64,000 nt of DNA from a candidate division WWE3 bacterium (lineage in GTDB: Bacteria > Patescibacteriota > 4484-211 > GCA-002791395): contig JAAXWF010000002.1 of assembly GCA_013335095.1 (NCBI GenBank), forward strand, positions 80,516 through 144,515. The letters are read 5' to 3'. The position numbers and the translations under genes were made by a program. The first letter of the stretch is position 1. Each line of letters begins with the position of its first letter. Positions 59,924-64,000 of this stretch are shown in pieces. Below the pieces are notes generated by a model. That model did no database searches. It had not been told where the DNA came from and was given only the letters and a program-made list of their open reading frames with translations.

Positions 59924-59964
59924 TGTACTATTGTACCGATTATCTTCTAAAGCGCAAAGAAAAG

Positions 59965-61368
59965 TTAGGGTAATTTTGATTTAGGTGTTTTTTTTCTACT
60001 TGGGGAGCGACCTTTTTTGTTTTCATTCAATAAACCAATTCGCTTTATAAAGTACGGTGTTAGTGGTGGCTCAACGACCAAGGTCAATAGAATAACCCAC
60101 ATTCCGATTCCAATGGCAAATTCGGAATTAATGATATCTTCCTGTGCCGAAATTATAAGAAGTATAGCCGAAATGATACCGGTTTCTCGAATAAAACTTA
60201 GGAATAAGGAATCTTGAATCGTCAGTGTTTTATCCCACATCCACGGAATAAGTGAAATAAATACAACCAGTGGCCGTAGAACAAACATGAATAATAGTGC
60301 ACTAACAAGTCCAAGAGGGGCAAGCGCCATCAACGTCGAAAAAGGTACCAACGCACCTAACAAAATGAATATAAACGGTTCAATCAAGTGATTTAGTAAA
60401 CTCTCATAAAAATGGGAGACTTTCTTTAATCCACCTTCGATATCGGAGAAAAGACCACTAATAAATGCCGCTAAAAATCCAGCACCACCCAAAACATTAC
60501 CTAATGCAAAAGTATAAATCGGGACCGTTAAAAGCAGCGCGGGGTCGGCTTCCTGATCTTGCGCTTCGGTGTAATAAAACTTTTTAATTAGCACATACCC
60601 TAAATATCCAACGATGATTCCGGTAATAATCTGAAGTCCCAGCGCATCATAACTAGATTTATCAAATAGAGGGAAAAAGTAGGACACAATCGACCGGTCT
60701 GAGGAGGTCAAGCTAGAAGCCAAAAACGCGACAAGTAAGAACCGAGTTAAGATACTACCACTCACATCAGTTAAAGCACTTTCGGATATCGCAATCTCCT
60801 TTAAGAAGGGGTGGCGCAGTTTGATATTCTTTAATGTCGGTATGATTGCCGTGCCTTCGGTCGAGGCAAGCGCAGCACCCAGTACTAATAAAGAGGGTAT
60901 TAGTCCAGGTTCAAAAAAACCAAATGAAGAAGCTAATAGATACAAAATAACAGTAAATCCCATCGATGAGATCAAAACGCCTATAAGTGACAATGATGTT
61001 ATTGGGAAAAACCATTTTTTAAAATTTCGAAACGGAATCTCTAGACCGCCAGAAAATAGAATAATGGCGCCGATAACTTCGAGCGCAAGCGCTAAACCTC
61101 TTAGATTACTTGTATATAGCCCCAATAATGGCTGCATCGCCATACCCGCAAATATTGCCCATACAAATGACGGAATCGCCGTTCGTGGGGCAATTCGGTT
61201 AATAAAATAGCCCATGAATAAAATGCTACCCAAGATAAAAATCTGCACATCTTCTTCAAGAAAAAGATCTGGCATACGATCAAAGAGATATCTCGAAAGA
61301 ATTGATATTGTTAACAGGAAAATAATTAAAAGAACATAGGAGACCGGTATACGCTTAAGCTTAAACAT
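59965..61368 (-). CDS. Cation:proton antiporter (CPA1/NhaP-like)
   Basis: IILFSGGLE, LASTEGTAI, ISESALTD, GGAGFLAAFISG, FILLG, LRP; about 12 TM segments. Confidence 0.9.
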   Translation of the reverse strand: MFKLKRIPVSYVLLIIFLLTISILSRYLFDRMPDLFLEEDVQIFILGSILFMGYFINRIAPRTAIPSFVWAIFAGMAMQPLLGLYTSNLRGLALALEVIGAIILFSGGLEIPFRNFKKWFFPITSLSLIGVLISSMGFTVILYLLASSFGFFEPGLIPSLLVLGAALASTEGTAIIPTLKNIKLRHPFLKEIAISESALTDVSGSILTRFLLVAFLASSLTSSDRSIVSYFFPLFDKSSYDALGLQIITGIIVGYLGYVLIKKFYYTEAQDQEADPALLLTVPIYTFALGNVLGGAGFLAAFISGLFSDIEGGLKKVSHFYESLLNHLIEPFIFILLGALVPFSTLMALAPLGLVSALLFMFVLRPLVVFISLIPWMWDKTLTIQDSLFLSFIRETGIISAILLIISAQEDIINSEFAIGIGMWVILLTLVVEPPLTPYFIKRIGLLNENKKGRSPSRKKTPKSKLP

Positions 61369-61414
61369 GTATACAGTATTTATACTCTGCCATACACAAG
61401 CTGGTAAAGAGTGA

Positions 61415-62143
61415 TTAATTATGAGAAAACGCTTGAGGAATTATGTTTATCTGTTGACCGGCAGATACAAAAAAATCACTAACAGTATGAGCAAATGATG
61501 ATTGTGTACGCTTAGCTAAAACGGTGATGGCGCTACTATCGACAAAGTTCTTTGCATCGGTCGGATTATTAAACGACATTACATATTGAACAGAACGACT
61601 CGATATACTCGCGGTCGGCAGCAAGTTTAGTGAATTTAGTTGATATAAGTCTCTGGTTGCGTGATTCTGGGCAAAAAAGTCAGTATAACTACTCAGATCA
61701 GTTTTCGAAGGCAATTCAACGATCACGGTAGAATCATCAAAAGGCTGAAGCGACACAAAATAATCAAGGGCTTTTACTGTACTTCCGGCGGCGACTTCTT
61801 TACCAGATACAATTGATTCAGCCGGACTTATCACATATATTTTATTATTCTCAATACGGTACATAGCTGAATTGATTGTTGGTAATGGATTTTCAGTATC
61901 GGTAATAGGTGTGATTACTGCAATTATCTGATTTTTATGGATAAGTTGGCCATCATATATGGGCAATTCTTCAACGATACCGTACACCGGAGAGGAGATC
62001 CGTAACTCTTTTTTCTCTATGGTTCCAGTTAATTGATCCATTCCTTGCCTTAGATTGGCCGCATTAACAATGACCATGATTACTCCGAGTGAAACAATCA
62101 TAATGATAAAGAATGTAATAATCTCGCGAATAAGTAATCTCAT
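61415..62143 (-). CDS. HlyD/membrane-fusion-protein-like periplasmic adaptor
   Basis: N-terminal TM; biotinyl-lipoyl-like halves ISSPVYGIVEEL..DGQ.I.KNQII and VISPAESIV...GSTV; 4-nt ATGA overlap with the GT2 gene. Confidence 0.65.
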   Translation of the reverse strand: MRLLIREIITFFIIMIVSLGVIMVIVNAANLRQGMDQLTGTIEKKELRISSPVYGIVEELPIYDGQLIHKNQIIAVITPITDTENPLPTINSAMYRIENNKIYVISPAESIVSGKEVAAGSTVKALDYFVSLQPFDDSTVIVELPSKTDLSSYTDFFAQNHATRDLYQLNSLNLLPTASISSRSVQYVMSFNNPTDAKNFVDSSAITVLAKRTQSSFAHTVSDFFVSAGQQINIIPQAFSHN

Positions 62144-63639
62144 AACATTTTATTACGAACATAAGTATACCTATAAGAGTCAATTAGTACAACGCTGATA
62201 ATTAAGACATTAATTGCCATCCACCCGATGTACCAGGCTGTCTCGACCCTGGCCGTTAAGTATCCCATAAAAGTTAAACTAAGTACGGATACGGCAGCGA
62301 CTACATAAAATAATAGAGGTACGATTCGCTGGGCGATAATTTCACGAGTAATAAAGTTTGTTTCTTTCCAATGAAACGAAGACTGTAAGACCGCAGCGAG
62401 AAGTGCCGTTACATATGGTACAAACGAAATCAATCCAAGCATCATTGTTTCAATTCGATTTTTCTCGATTAAAATAATAAAAAAGCCCAAATTTGTAACA
62501 AAATAAAGCGCATACACTGACAACCATTGCGAGAAAAACTCCGGATCAATGGCCTTAATATTCAAAAAGATTCCAATTAACGGACTAAATAAATATATCG
62601 CTACGGCAATTCCTGACAAATAAAAAAGATTAGAAAATGCGTATTGGATCTTTTGGTCAAAATTCAGGCGGTTGTCGCGTAGTGGATTACGGCTAAAAAG
62701 CATAGTAAATCCACCGAGTGCCCAACGGAACTGCTGGTTAAAGAATGATATCAATGTAGTAGGAGCCAGTCCCACAGCCAGCTGTTTATCGAGATAAAAT
62801 ACACGGTAGCCGTTTTCGGCCAATGAGAGTGAAGTAAATAAATCTTCTGAGTGATTTATGTTGGTTATTCCACCTACTTGTCTCAAAGCACTCGCCCGAT
62901 ACACAACGTTCGTACCGACAATAAATGAACTCCCAAGCATATGTTTAGCCGGCATAATATAACGATAAAATAGATTTTCGATATACTTCATTCCACGAGC
63001 AAATATCGTGTCTTCGTTGTAGTAACCTTGGGGAGTCTGAACAGCTCCAACAGTCAGATCGCTAAAAAGGGGAAGGGTCGAGCTTAAAAACTCAGGATGG
63101 GGAAGGTAATCAGCATCAAATACGGCAATAAACTCAGTCTTAACTTTTGAAATACCAAAATTTAGGTTTCCGGCTTTGAAAAAATCACGGACATTTCGGC
63201 GATGATAATAAATATCTTCATTTTCGGCCAATCGCTTTAATTCGTTTCGTTGTCCATCATCCAGTAAATGAACTTCAAAACTTCCATGGATTTTTTTTAC
63301 TGCCGCGATTGTCTGCTTTATAATTCCAAGTTCCTCATTAACGATCGGTATTAATATCGCTGTTTTTACCTTAGCGAGCTTTCGCCCATTTGTCGAAAGC
63401 GTTTCGATCTCCTGATAATAACGATATTTAAAAAGCTCAAAGTATAAAACAGTTCCCCATGTTAAGGTAAAGATACAAAGCATAATGACGTCAGCCACCG
63501 CATTCAATAAGAAATAATAGGTGTTACCCCAGTGGTTAGGATTTAGTAAAAACAACCCGTACTGGATATCAGCAAGAATAGCCAAGATAAAAAGAAACAA
63601 TTTTATTAAGCTCGAATGATTCAGTGCTTTTATTTCCAT
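62140..63639 (-). CDS. Processive GT2 polysaccharide synthase (cellulose/curdlan-synthase-like, no PilZ)
   Basis: LDDG, KAGNLN, FDAD, VQTPQ, SED, QQFRWA; 2 N-terminal and about 5 C-terminal TM segments. Confidence 0.9.
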   Translation of the reverse strand: MEIKALNHSSLIKLFLFILAILADIQYGLFLLNPNHWGNTYYFLLNAVADVIMLCIFTLTWGTVLYFELFKYRYYQEIETLSTNGRKLAKVKTAILIPIVNEELGIIKQTIAAVKKIHGSFEVHLLDDGQRNELKRLAENEDIYYHRRNVRDFFKAGNLNFGISKVKTEFIAVFDADYLPHPEFLSSTLPLFSDLTVGAVQTPQGYYNEDTIFARGMKYIENLFYRYIMPAKHMLGSSFIVGTNVVYRASALRQVGGITNINHSEDLFTSLSLAENGYRVFYLDKQLAVGLAPTTLISFFNQQFRWALGGFTMLFSRNPLRDNRLNFDQKIQYAFSNLFYLSGIAVAIYLFSPLIGIFLNIKAIDPEFFSQWLSVYALYFVTNLGFFIILIEKNRIETMMLGLISFVPYVTALLAAVLQSSFHWKETNFITREIIAQRIVPLLFYVVAAVSVLSLTFMGYLTARVETAWYIGWMAINVLIISVVLIDSYRYTYVRNKML

Positions 63640-63998
63640 AAATAGTAGAAGGTTCGCGGGATATACTCAGAGTCACGTTGATCTGGAAGAAGTTCTCCAC
63701 CAACATGATTTATCTTCTTTACATATTCGAAGTAATTGATGAATCCAGTCCCGGCATTTTGAGCAAATTTAGGTTCAAAGTAGGATCGGAGTGCTGAAAG
63801 CTTTGTTTCAGAAAACTTTAGAGACACCGCACTTGAGGGTGAGAGTGGAAGAAGTTGTATGCCTAATATTTTGTCGTCTTGAGCGCTAAACCAGGTCGCA
63901 TAATCGAACTTTCCACCCCAGATAATTGATGCGATAGGAGCAGTGTAGCGATCATTGGGGTAATTAATACCGTCAAAGAACCAATAGGTATTACGCCC
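63630..63998 (-). CDS. GH81 endo-1,3-beta-glucanase-like protein, C-terminal part (5' truncated by window edge)
   Basis: Frame open to the window edge: YWF...ASIIWGGKFDYATWFS....ILGIQLLPLSP; stop overlaps the GT2 start by 10 nt. Confidence 0.75.
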   Translation of the reverse strand, partial: GRNTYWFFDGINYPNDRYTAPIASIIWGGKFDYATWFSAQDDKILGIQLLPLSPSSAVSLKFSETKLSALRSYFEPKFAQNAGTGFINYFEYVKKINHVGGELLPDQRDSEYIPRTFYYLWK

Positions 63999-64000
63999 TA

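Overview
Bacterial chromosomal window with no rRNA, tRNA, CRISPR array, integrase or transposase that I can see. Gene content and style suggest a Patescibacteria/CPR genome, probably Microgenomates; this is inferred from pilin-like and LytR_C proteins, giant LamG proteins, many orphans and leaderless starts, not from a marker gene. Housekeeping genes: zwf (partial), gnd, metG, typA, an RRM protein, a DAGK-family kinase, a HAD hydrolase, VIT1, a CPA1 antiporter and an SBP plus histidine kinase. The dominant feature is a ~27.5 kb minus-strand tandem array (8614-36130) of five paralogous 1675-2076 aa secreted proteins. All five share a six-LamG C-terminal scaffold with slot-specific linkers, apparently shuffled domain cores and exchangeable N-termini. 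One member carries a degenerate Hint (intein-like) domain nested inside a beta-rich module that is itself inserted into a LamG domain. Other highlights: a choline/carnitine O-acyltransferase-family gene; a GH81 - GT2 synthase - HlyD-like operon (possible beta-glucan system); a double-GH5 dockerin-like enzyme sharing an FPKxxSxA post-TM motif with two other exported proteins; a multi-hairpin leader on a flotillin-like gene; and a split between leaderless AT-rich core genes and SD-led, GC-richer, self-terminated orphan genes. All family calls come from motif recognition by eye, without database searches.
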